Shown: piece by piece, positions 1-13,395 of the stretch | Numbering within the stretch: the stretch's first letter is position 1 | Layout: every line of letters starts with the position of its first letter | Assembly: GCA_028534125.1 (NCBI GenBank) | Contig: CM052816.1 | Span: 6,016,001-6,080,000, forward strand | DNA: 64,000 nucleotides | Source: Lama glama | Taxonomy: Eukaryota | Direction of reading: 5' to 3' | Program-made: the position numbers and the translations under genes | The notes under the pieces: model-generated | Told to the model about the DNA's origin: nothing | Database searches by the model: none | What the model saw: the letters and a program-made list of their open reading frames with translations, nothing else

Positions 1-19
1 TATTATGGATTCCCTAAGC

Positions 20-190
20 GAGTGATCCTTCTTGAGTACTGGACCCCTTTGAGAGGATGACAAAAGCAATGGACCCTCTCCCCGACAAATAAATTAGCAT
101 CTATACCTGTATGCAAAAGTTATGTGTCATCTCTGGTAGTTTTTAGATACCTTGATATCCACACCCAAATCCTCCCCTTAAAGATCCTCC
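20..190. mobile_element. Old hAT-Charlie-type DNA transposon fragment
   Basis: Motif ggacccctttgaga...aaagcaatggaccctctcccc resembles eutherian hAT MITEs; family not resolved. Confidence 0.45.
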
Positions 191-559
191 TCCGAGCCAT
201 ATCAAAAGAAATGCGAGGTTATCTGTTAGCTAAATACCTACTCAATATTATTTTAGCTTTCCAGGGAGATGGTTTCAGAGAACTACAATTCAACAATTAA
301 ACTTCAGCTCTCTTTTTAAGGGTGATGAGTAACACAGTTGACAAGATTTTTAACCTCAGCATTACCAGAATGCAGCATTGCTGTTTTATTTATTCAGGGG
401 GTCACTCCTGTGCAAAATCACAGCTCCACTTTGAAGCACTATAAGATTTCCTCCTTAGGTGCTGTTCACAGACCACTGCGTTACAAGACTCTGAAAACTC
501 CCGTTGGTTTGTTGGTGATCTGTGCATCTATCACGGTGCCCAGGAACATGGGCCTTGGG

Positions 560-745
560 GTCACAAGACCACCAGTGACTTCCTGGGTGACCTTGGGAAA
601 GTTACATAACCTGTTGTAGCCTTAGTTTTCTCATCTCTAAAAGGAAGATAACAGAGAGCACTACAGGGCTCCTGTGAGGATTAAATAAGTAGCACACGAA
701 AAGCAGTTAGGGTACTGCGCGGGCCACAGCGGGAGCTCGGTCGGT
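560..745 (+). mobile_element. MIR SINE
   Basis: MIR core gtgaccttgggaaagttacataacc...ccttagttttctcatctctaaaa...gtgaggattaaat. Confidence 0.8.
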
Positions 746-840
746 GGTGATGAATGTGACAATAATTGCCCCCAGAATACTTATCACAGTTCTTGAAACA
801 CAGTTAGGTCCTCAATAAATGGAATTTGGGATAATTATAA

Positions 841-1325
841 TTCTTTGTTTATTGAAGTATAGTTGATTTACAATGTTTCAGGTGTACAACAAAGTCAGTT
901 TTATATATATATATGTGTGTGTGTGTGTATATATATGTATACACATTTTATTTCAGGTATTATATTTTTAAAATTTTTATTTCCAATTTTATACTTTTCC
1001 AGTATAGATTATTGCAAGATATTAAATATAGATCCCTGTGCTATACAGTAGGATCTTGTTGCTTATCTGTTTTATGTATGGTAATGTGTATCCAGTTATC
1101 CCAGACTCCTAATTTATCCCTCCCCACCCCTTGCCCCTTCGGTAACCACAAGTTTGTTTTCTATGTATGTGAGTCTATTTCAGTTTTGTAAATAAGTTCA
1201 TTTGTACCATTTTTTTAGATATCATATGATATTTGTCTTTGACTTACTTCACTTAGTATGATCATTACTGGGTCCCTCTATGTTGCTGCAAATGGCACTA
1301 TTTCCTTCTTTCTTATGGCTGAGTA
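841..1325 (-). mobile_element. L1 3' end (5'-truncated, cetartiodactyl/camelid type) in GRIA1 intron 2
   Basis: T-rich tail, then ttattgaagtatagttgatttacaatg...ccctgtgctatacagtagg...atgttgctgcaaatggc...tatggctgagta, typical reverse-strand L1 3' sequence. Confidence 0.9.
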
Positions 1326-2417
1326 AGTAATGGGAATAATCATAAGTCCTGGCATTTGTATATACATTATGAGTGGTCCTACGGATAGAGAGCATGCTAA
1401 ATTCTCATTCTGAGCCTTCAAAGCAGATTCAGCTCAAATCACTGAGAGCTCACAATGAGGGGAAAGTGGGAAAGAGATGAAGGAAATACGGTGGATACCT
1501 TCTGCCATCCACACTCAGCAGAACTCACCCAGTCCACAGTGGCACACAAAGCCCCTGGTACCAATTTAATCCAGTTTCCAGTTGTTCATGCCCATTCAGC
1601 TCACGCTTCCACACCATGAATTCCCAGCTGAGCTTAATCCCTGGAGGGAAACTGTCTCCACTGGTTAATGTTTACGCTTTCACCTGTCTTAAGATGACAA
1701 TCATGCAACCAAACACGTTTCCTTTTCAGTCCTAGTTGTCAGAAAAACTCAGAATGCTGCTTGTTGCCCACATTTTATAATGCATTCAGTTCAGACGGCA
1801 GAAATTCGTCTCTCCTTTCTCTTTCTTGAGGTCACCTCTGTTCTTTGTGCTCAAAGGCCATCTTAAAAAAACTGTGCAAGCCATCAATGACTTCCAAGCA
1901 TTTTGGAAATAATCAAGGCATCAATTTTTGAATAACTATTGGTCATTTCTAGAATATGGGAAACCAAATATACACCTTCTCAGGTATCCTTTCTTACCAA
2001 GCCACAGGGACATATTCTCCTTTCAACCATGCACAGGAAAGGCGTCAGCATTTTAAACCACATTCTCCAAGTCAGAACCTTTAATTCTACATCTCTCAGA
2101 AGTTTCCCACGTGGGCAACTCTCTCAGCCAAACCAGAAAACCTCTGTGGGGTAGGGGAGAGGCAGTCCACCCAGTACCCATCGTGCTGGCATTTAAAGTT
2201 AGCTGACAGTGAAAAAGCCAACCCAGTCTATGAAGCATGGCAGGATCTAAAATACCAACTGATGGAATCCCTCAAAAGGCCCTGGAAATTTTTCTTGGAG
2301 GGCTTTCTGTTATGAAGACCGATGACAACTCGTCATTTTGGCAACACCACCACCTACACACAGGCCCTCTCTTTGCTGGTCGATCGCGGAAAGAAATCTC
2401 ACAAAAAGAAGCAATTA

Positions 2418-2594
<177 letters not shown>

Positions 2595-5320
2595 CTAGAG
2601 ACAGGTGTGCTTCCTCCACAACACACCCCAGATGGGCCCTTTTCTTCTCCCCAGACCATATTCCCTGGTTGTTGCCTTTAGCAGCAGGAGTAAGGGTTCA
2701 AATAGACTCAACTGGACACAGAAACTTCAATTTCTACAGATGAGCTTTTATGTGAAAAGGGCCTCTAACATCTGTCGCTCTGCCCAGATATTTGATGGTT
2801 CTTCACCCCTCAACTCAGCCCAGGTCAGAGAAAACAGGACGTTTGTGGCGTTCCTCCTCCCCCCGACCCCTGTGCATACCACCTAGGCGGACTACGCTCT
2901 TGCATGCACATAAACCCTCACTATGTCTAATTTTTCCTGTTCTGGACTTCTTTCTCACCACAGAGCCTTACAGGAAGTAGTGCTAATAAATCTTGCAGAG
3001 TGGCCTCTGGCTCTGGGATCCTGTGAGCTTCTCCAGCATTATAACCCTTTGCTTTGACTTGGACAATGATAGTCTTTGACCTGGCAAGACCTGTGTGCAC
3101 TTTCATTATTCCATGTCCTCTAAGCTTTTTAATTTCCTCTGAAAACTCTTGGTTTTCTGCAAACAGCATTTTGCTTCTCCTTTCACCGCTCATGATCCCG
3201 GATACCTAGGAATGACTTGTTACATAAGGGATGGCCATCGCGTGTATTTGCAGGGGGCAGAACCTTGGGCTTCAGCGATGTGGGGGCTTCAGAATGTCCA
3301 GAGGATGCAAACATTCTCTTCTAGTAAAAAGCACAACAAAGGTAACTGGTGGGGCTCCTGTTCCAAGAAACAAGAGTACACACCTTAGCTTTATACTTCC
3401 TGTGGACATGTAAATCAATTAAAATACACTCCTGTGAATTAAAATGAGCAATTCCTAGACATTGAACTATAATGAATGTTTGCGTAGAAGTTGATCTCAG
3501 ATTCAACAGGAACCACAGCCCCACTGTGATGCATTTCTAACTTCTTACACAGTAGGTAGGTGTTTGTTTTTAAGAACCAATAGGCAGATGATAAGGTTTT
3601 CGTTAGAGACGGTACAAGTAGAATCAAGTACTGTCTGATGGGAGTGATATTTTTAGCATTTGTTCTCCAATCTAATGTCTCAGCCTTATTTGAAAACAAA
3701 AACAATGATTTAATCAGTAGAGCACGCAAATTGGGGCTAAAAATGATGAAAAATCTGCAGAGATACATGAACACATATATCATATACACGTACACACAAC
3801 ACCTCCCCTATATATATATATATCCATGGCAATAGACACAAATACACTTGGGGAGAGCAAGTGCACGTATCTCAAGACACGTATTTCCAATCAGCAAAGT
3901 ATGGGCAATACATATAAGAGGAAGTGATTTATACATGTTCATATGCCTCCATTTTAAAGAGTAAAATCGAAAAAACTCCTTCAGGATTCTGATGCTCCAC
4001 CGTCCCTCCCAGATGACCACACCCCAAACACTTCCCTTTCTCTCTTCCTCCTCCCCTGCAATGAATGAAAGAGAGAGGGTGGGGGTGGGGAGGTAGGTGG
4101 CTATAGGCTGGGCTGTAAGAGAAGAGTCTCCGGAGGCAGGAAGTTTTGTTTTGCGTCGAAGGCACTAATACGCATACACAGACACACTTCAGAATGCGGC
4201 TTAACAGGTGTCAGGAAACAAGGCAAGTTACTCCCTGGCTCTTCCAACCACCCTCAGAGCCAGCACACGGGAGAGGCCAAAAGAAGTCGGTACTGCAGCA
4301 CAGAGGTGCCCAGCAGAATACCACCTGCCCCACATTTCCCCACCAGCACACAGGCACACAAGGAACACAAACTACTAGTAACAGGAACTTTCCTGAGTGG
4401 ACCAATGCCCCTAGTAGGGCACAGAAAACAACCCAAACCCACCAAGATGCCTCCATACAAAGCAGTTTGCTGGATTCCGGGACACAAACAGCACGGAGAT
4501 GCTGGTCACACTGAATCCCCAAACCCTTGTGGACACGCATTGTTATTGGTCTTAATGCTCCTGTTTGTTTTGCTTTCACCCATTATTATAGGAGAAGCAG
4601 GATATATTGGCTGTCCCCAAAATACAGGGAGGGTGGGGGTCCTTTGAGAAGCACGACAGCTAGGAAGGGGAGATAAGGAACAAAAAAAGCAGGCAGGATG
4701 GTGAAACCTGCCTCCAACTTGAGAGGATGGAGCTTAGCGATGGGGGAGGCTCAGAGGAGGGGAGAGGAGCATGTGTTTGTGTGTGCTCCTGTGTGTGTAA
4801 AAGGTAGACAATGTCTGGACTGAAAATCTAGGAGGAGTGGGCAACTGAAGCAATAAAAAAAAAAGACAGACTAGGAAGTTCCGGGATCTCAGAGGAGTGG
4901 GGACCACCCGCCCAGCATGGCAGACAGCAGACAGAAAGCAGCTGGAAGAGTCCAGAGCAGGAGAGAGAGCCCCTCTCACCTAGAGTGGGGGCATTTTTTA
5001 GCATTATTTCAGTGGCTGCAATAAACCCAGCACCCTTCACTCCTTTTACAGGGTCTCTTTCCCCTCCCCCAGCTAAGAAGTCACCGCCTCTCTCAAATAC
5101 TTATGTGCATATTTAATACATAATCACACACGTAAATACACACACCACACATATTTATAGACATAAAGGAAATCGGGCATCGTCTACCAAGGGAAGGAGT
5201 TAACTCCTTAAACACCCACCACCCTTTCCCTGGTTACAGCCTGATTTTTTTTTCCTTCCTCCAAAGCAGTGGTTCCTCCATTTCACATGCTCCTGCCTAG
5301 AGTGTGAGTGGTGTGTGAGG

Positions 5321-5323
<3 letters not shown>

Positions 5324-5358
<35 letters not shown>
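5324..5358. repeat. (TG)17 microsatellite in GRIA1 intron 1
   Basis: Perfect dinucleotide repeat read directly. Confidence 0.95.
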
Positions 5359-5360
<2 letters not shown>

Positions 5361-5571
5361 ACTTCCCTTCTGCCTCTCATCCCATCAAGAGAAGCCCCCT
5401 CCCCATGCCAGTGGCCCAAGTGTTCACATCTCCGGACAGCATCACCGGACAGCTTTGATACACAGCCAAGCACAAGAGCCCGTCGTGGGGGTGGGGGGAA
5501 CACAGACCCCACACACAGACACACAAAAACTGGCCAGACCCAGAAAGTCCCTCCCCAGGCTGCCCCTCTCA

Positions 5572-6400
<829 letters not shown>

Positions 6401-9261
6401 GCTCGAGGGCTGTGCTGGATATATCTCCTGCACTCCACTGGCCCAATTATTCCTACAACTAATTCCTGAGGGGAAGACCCTAGAAATTCCTCCTAGGAGC
6501 TTTAAAGGAAAAAAATACTGAAATAAATAAATAAATAAGCTCCCCCACGTCCACATTGGGAGGAATGATAGAAACACAAACCCAAGGACCCAGACTGACT
6601 GACAAGTGTCTTGACTTGGACCTCTGGCGATCCCTGCTGCCTTTACAAGGGGAATTGGTGGTCTCTTAAATCCTGGGCGTTTCAAACGAGCCCCCTTCCT
6701 CCTTGCCCTGCATTCCACAGGAGTCTACAGCATCAGAACTGTGTGGGTGTACAATAAAAGCTAAGGATACTTACACAGAGCGATGACATGAGTCATTTTG
6801 CAGGGGTTCTAGTGAGAGGATCCGGGCTTCTTTCAGTGATCGCTGGATGCTGGCTGGTCGTGTCTAGTGTAAACTGGAACTCCACGGCCCCTCCTGGAGC
6901 GGGGCTTCTGCTGAAACAACCTGTAAAGAGAACAGCTGTGTTCGGGGAAGTCTGTGGGTTGCAAAGCAACAGTCCAAACAGTCACAGAGCACTTTACAGT
7001 TTCTGAAGCAACTTCACAGGGTTATCTTGCTGTCTCCTCACACCAGCCCTGGGGAGTGGCCACGACCCTTATTTTACAGCTGAGAAAAGCCCAAGGCTCC
7101 AGGGATTAAATCCTAAAGACCCAGGCCTGCTAAAATGGAGTCTGGGCCTTGAGAAACAACATACAGTTCAACCTGTGAAACTGAATGCTCTGGGAATTAC
7201 CAACTGGCCCACTGCCCTGGTCAAAGCTCCCACCCAACAGAAGAAAATCCAAGAAAAGGGAAAGTCCATTTTTTCTCAGTTATAACAGGGGAGAATAGCC
7301 TTTGGACCTGATTTTGCTTTGCCACTTGACTAGGCCATTTTATCAAAACCTCCTCTTTTCTCTCACCAAGATTACATAATCACATACACACGCCGGACAG
7401 CTACAAGGGCTGGTATTTGCAAGGAATACCTGACTGTTTGATGGAGCCCCTAAACTAGGAACAACTTGGCGATCGGGTGCTTTATGATTTCCTGTGCACT
7501 TTCACATATATTAATTAGCTCAAGTGATTTTACAGCTAATGTTTATTCATTTACCACGGGAGGTCCCACGCTAAGCAATGTTACATGCATCATTTACTTA
7601 TGCAATAATGCCTGTGGTGGGTAATCTAATCCCAGTTTTATGGATAAACTGAGGCCTGGTCATTTATCCCAGTTTCCCTGCTAGCAGGGAAGGGACTGGG
7701 GGGTTTGAACACAGGGAACTCTACCATCGGACCCAAGCTATTAATGCTCAGGCTCTCACAGCAGGAAGGACTGGGCAGGGACTTTCTCGAGGTAGTGTCA
7801 CTGTCAGCTCGGGAAGGTGGGAGAACAGATCAGGAAAGATCACTTTTAAGGTCGCTGCCAACATTTAGAGTCTGATACAAGGATTCCATCTTATAATTTC
7901 TTCATCTGCATTTTTTTGTCTCTTACTATTTTGAATGGTACCTGGGGATCTTTTAAGTTCTCTGAGCTTGGTGCCTGGTAATAATAATAATTAGGCTGTC
8001 ACTAAAAGCTTCACACTTCTGTCACCTTTCAGAGCAAGATCTCAAAGCCCTTCACAAGGATTAATTAGCAAAACCTCAGTGCCTACCTCTAATGGGTAAG
8101 AATTGTTTTGCTTACTTTGGAGCAGAGGGACTTACAGGAGTCAAAATGCTACATTTTCTATAATCATTATAAATCATGTAGTCAAACAGATTTTCCTAAA
8201 ATATAGCTCTAACTATGTCATTAACCTGCTCAAATATGGTCAGTGGCTCCCCTTGGCCTATTAAATGCGTAATTATTCAATGATCAAGTAAACGTGGAGC
8301 TTACGTATTTCAAACTTGGACATGTAGGTCAAATTACATTTAGGCTCACCTGTTTATTTTTATTCAAATATTGATGGAGAACCTAACTCCGTATCCGACA
8401 GTGTTGGGTGCGGGGATTCATGGAAAGGAATCGGGCACACTTTCTGCCTTGAGGCAGGTGCATGTGGTTGAAGAGGGATACAGAGGAACCCAGCCAACTG
8501 CCATCCAGGGCTGACCATGGCCCATGCTCTAACAGATGTGGACTCAACGCTGGGGTGCACAGAAGGAAGGAAGCGCCCGATATGTCTGTCTGTGGGAAGC
8601 CAGCAGGGCTCCAAAAGAGCTGAGCCATGAAGGAGGAGACACAGGCTGAAGGTGAGGGCTGAGGGAAGACACTGAACCGAGGGAAGAGCACCTGCAAGGG
8701 TAGAAGCTGGGAGAGGACACGACATGTTCCGTGAGCCTGGAGCCATGCTGCAGACTGGGAAGAGCGGGTAGGGGAATGTGAAACCCACAAGAGGGCAGGG
8801 TCAGGACCTGGAAGCCACCGACTTCCTGGCAGGGAGTGGAGAGCCGTGGGACGTTTTTAGTGTGATAGTCAGTGACCATGAATGTACGTGAGGAAGAAGA
8901 GAACGACCACTGGTGGAAGGTGCTTTTCCTACATCTCAGCCTCAGAGATTGGGACTGCACATCCTTCATTCCCTGAGCAACCTATTCTGATGTCATCCGT
9001 CAGTAGCTGTTTCATGCTGTCCCCTCCCTACAGCTCCCAGGCTTACTTGCCGCCCCCAGTATCGGTCTGGGAAAGCCTGACTGTTCATAGTCTGTTGCAA
9101 ATGATGGCAACCACATTCTCCAGATTCATGCTAACCTGTGATTTACACAGCATCTGGACACCTGGCATCTCATTTCATCCTCCCAACAACCCCACAAGGA
9201 TAGGAATTAGAACCTGCTTTAGAGGTTAAGTAAGGCTTAGAGTGACTAGGTGGTTAGTGGA

Positions 9262-9475
9262 AGACAGTAGTTACCAGCTGGCAGTGGGTTCCTCTCCCAT
9301 GGGATATTTGCCAATGTATGGAGACTTTTCCATTCTCACAACGGGGTGGTGCCCCTCACATCTGGTAGTTAGAGGCAAGGGACACTGCTGAACATCCTAC
9401 GATGTGCAGGACAGCCCTCACAACAAAAAATGACGTGGTCCAAAGTGTCAGTAGAGCTGAGATTGAAACACCTTT
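9262..9475 (+). mobile_element. MER20-like hAT MITE
   Basis: atttgccaatgtatggagac...catctggtagttagaggcaagggacactgctgaacatcctacgatgtgcaggacagccc...ccaaagtgtcagtagagctgagattga. Confidence 0.8.
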
Positions 9476-11559
9476 CTTAGGGCACCTAGGAACTAGCACA
9501 CCAGGGACTAGACGCCAGCACCCCTATCCTAGTCTCCCTGTCCATCATACCACATTGAAGAAAAATAAGATTCATCTTCTTCCAAGACTTTTCCCATCTC
9601 AAAATGGGATACCTGCAGATGGGAGTTCCATAAAGTCCAAACAGATGAGTATCTAATGGAGGGGCTCCAGGCAGTGACTGGCCAGGGGAAAGCTCTTCTA
9701 ATGCAGCTGGAATTGCGCCCTAGAGATGACACGGTACCCACTCCTACAATCACTTGTGACCTATCCTGGTTCGTATCTTTGGCATACTGTCAGTTCGACT
9801 ATCATGGAGCCAAAATAGCCTGAAATTTATTTATTTGGCTTTGGCCTTACACCACAAATCAAGGAGAATGATGTTGGCCAGGGATTTCAAATTCAAATGC
9901 CTCCTTGGGCCAAGCAGGGAGATGAATTAAATGAGCCTCCAAGTTGGGGGGAAGGCAGTGAGGCCAGGGAGAACAGAGGCAATACGGCCTGTCAGAAGGT
10001 GGGAGCAAGGCCTCAGAGAAGGCTGATTGTTGCCGCAAGGAAATGTCGGCTCAGTGCGGCCAGGCCTTCTGATTTTTTTTTTTCCCAAGAGAAAGCAGAA
10101 ACATGGATTGCGTGTGTGCGTGTGCGTTTTTGTTGTTGTTGTTTAATATTAATAATTTTAATATTAATTTATTGCATGGAGCAGAAAATAGAAGGCAGAA
10201 GGGAAATGCCTCTGGGCTTGATCTGGCCCACAGACTGCCACTTCCAGTTCAGCAGAAGGCGAGAGACAAGGGTCCAACCACCGGCCCCAGTATCAATGCG
10301 GGGGACACATCTATTTTGTCTCTGGGCCTCTGTTTCCTCATCTGTAAAGTGACAAGACTACATTTGGTGAAGGCTACAGACTGTTCTGGCTCTGACACTG
10401 AGTGCATTTGATAGCAGAGGCTCACCAAGGGAGGAAAAGGACGAGGAAGCAGGTCTGAGGAGCCCCGTGCTCTCTGCCTCCCCTGTTACCAGGGAGGCAT
10501 TGGCAGGTCCCTTCCTCTCCCTGAGCTCCCATCTCCATCTGTAAAATGTGTGGATTGTACCAAGGTCTCTTCTGGCTAGAATGTTTTGGGCTTCTCGTGT
10601 GAAACAATTCAAGGGTGGGGGAAGCCATCGAATTTATGATCTGAGAACAGATCCCTGACAGCTAACAAATTGGGAAAAATGCAATCAGAGGGTGCCTCTG
10701 TGGCTTTTGAAAGGCTCCATTTTCAAAGATGTAGAAAAAAATAATAATGATAATATTTTTCATGCTTTTAGCACCATTCTTACAGAAGGCTCCCAAAATA
10801 CTCCACAGACTGTGTGTGGCAAGAGCACCACCCCAAGGAATGTAATTACCCACCCTGGAGTTCTGCCAGGTTTGACAGCATTTTCTTTCTGTTGTTTTTT
10901 TTTTCCTTCTTTCAGTCTTCCCTCCCCTTCTCACACAAATGACAGCATTTTCATAAGCCCTCAGCATTACTAGGTAATTAGGGAGCAGTGCAAGTTCTGG
11001 AAAACACCCTGGGGCAGGATCAATGCCTAAAAAAAAAAGGTCTATTCTAGGGGAAAGCTCCTGCACAGAACCACCGTTACTGTAGAAATTGGAGGCCCTG
11101 ACTCTCCCTCCAAACCAGCAGTGCTTTCAGAAATGCCACCCGGGCACTGCTGACAGGGGCGGGTGCCCAGAGCACAGAGCTTTCCGAGGCTCTCCTGAGA
11201 GGCTCTGCAGCTCACCCAGTCCTGGTTTACGGAGGAGAGAGATGGACTCTCAGAGCATCCTCACTGGATGTGTGATTTTGGGTGAGTCATTTAACCCCTT
11301 TGTCTCAGCGTCTCATCTGGGACATGAGGATAAAAGAAGGCCTCTTGCATGGGGCTGGCATGAGGATTAATGGCATGTTGCGTGGGGGTGGGGGAGGGGG
11401 GCCGGCAAGGCTCCGAGCACACATCAGGACTCCGCTGACCATTATTGTGTGGAGGTGTGAACTGTGTCATTCTTGCCTCATGGCTGGAGCCCAGATTCAT
11501 CCTGGCTTTGGGGGGGGCTTTCATGTAGTTCCAATTTGCTTCTGGAATCTTCTCCTAGA

Positions 11560-12410
11560 GTTCAGTTTGCCAGTCTTCTCTTAAGGCTGTGTCACTCCCC
11601 TGCATTCTCAAAACATCTGTCCATCATGAACATACACACTTCTGATCCCCACCCCCAATCCGGCTTCTCCCCTTATTCCTCCCTAAATGGTACCTGTGTT
11701 CATCCAGTCAACAAGCTGAGCACTTCGAATCCAGCCCCTCAGCAAATTCTGTGAGCTTGACTTTTAAAATGCAGCCAGAATCCAATCACTTTACATGACC
11801 TCTCCACCCCAGATCATCCATCCCACTCTCATCTCTCACGGGACCTGTGGCCATGGTGATCTTTACCAACTTTTATTTCCACTCCTTCTTGACCTGCCGC
11901 CTCCCCTGCCCACACCATGGCAACATCATTGGTTCCCTGAAACTGCTGTCACTCTCTAGCTCTAAAATACCCGGAGCTTCACGTCATGTGGCTGCTGGCT
12001 GCCTTTCCAACCCCTCGTCTCTTGCTCATGCTCCTCCAGGCACACTGGCTCTCTTGCTGTACTTTGAATACACTAAACACGATCTCGTCTCTGGACTGTG
12101 CCTTTGTTCTTCTTTCTGCCTAGAAAGCTCCTCCTCCAGAAATCTACATTGCTTCCTCTCGCGCTGAATTCAGGCTTCTGTCCAAAAGTCTCTTACTTAC
12201 TTTACCTGAAATGGCAGCCCACCCCCACCATGATTTTTATTTCCTTGCCCTATTTTATTTCTTTGTTTGCAGTATTTATCACTACCTAAATGCCTTATAT
12301 ATTTGTGTTCATCACTTGACCCATACTAGAACATACCTTGTTCACTCCAGTGCTTTGAAAGTGTCTAACCAAAGTGAAGTTCGCCGTAAACACTTATTGA
12401 AAGAATGAGT
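11560..12410 (+). mobile_element. L2 LINE 3' fragment(s)
   Basis: ccagaatccaatcactt..., ctccaggcacactggctctcttgctgtactttgaa..., ending in an L2-type tail cacttattgaaagaatga. Confidence 0.75.
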
Positions 12411-13034
12411 GTATAGTCCTTATTCTCCCCTGAAATATCCTTACTTTTCTCTGTCACATTCTGACTTTTTTATGACTCAGTTCATTGCCCATTTTCCCCA
12501 TGGTGCCCTCCCATTTTGGCCTCCCTGTTACTTGTTACTTATTACTTACTGGTTTTACTTGATAGTCAACTTAGCCCCTCCCACTTGATTTTCAGCCCCT
12601 TAGGGGACAAGAATCATGCCTGTAATATATTAAGAGATACTTTTTTGGAATATTTCTTATGTGCCAGGCAGAGTTCCAGGCTACACACACAACTCAGGTC
12701 ATGTGATGTCCAAAGCAACTCTGTGAAGTAGCAACCTTTATTATTCCACTTAACAGATGGTGAATGGAGGGCTGGGGTGCTCAAGTTTCTTATCTAAGCT
12801 TATACAACTATTGAGAGGCAAGGCAGGGATTTCAACCTGGATGTGCCTGGTTCCCAAGGCTGGTTCTCCTAACCATTATCCTATACTGTCTCAAGGGCCA
12901 AGCTCATCAATTTGGTTGATTTGTATTAGGCAGGACCTTGTACGAAACTTTCAGAAAGGTAAAGGGCTTTGCCTCAGAGCACACGGCTAGAGATGACCTA
13001 GCCCAGTGAATCCTCATAGTCCAAACCTCATCTT

Positions 13035-13395
13035 AAAAAAAAAAAAAAGACAAACAAATTTATTTACAAAACAGAAACAGACTCACAGACATAGAAAACA
13101 AACTTATGGTTACTGCGGGGGATGTGGGTGGGAAGGGATAAATTGGGAGTTCGAGATTTGCAGATACTAATATATATAAAATAGATAAACAGCAAGTTCA
13201 TACTGTATAGCACAGGGAACTATATTCAATAACTTATAATAACTTATGGTGAAAAAGAATATGAAAACGAATACATGTATGTTCATGTATGACTGAAGCA
13301 TTGTGCTGTGCACCAGAAATTAACACAACATTGTAAACTGACTATACTTCAATTAAGAAATATATATACAAAAAAATAAAAAGAAAAAGAAAAAA
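13035..13395 (+). mobile_element. L1 3' end (young camelid type) with A-rich tail
   Basis: tttacaaaacagaaacagactcacagacatagaaaacaaacttatggttac...gactatacttcaat followed by an A-rich tail. Confidence 0.92.
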
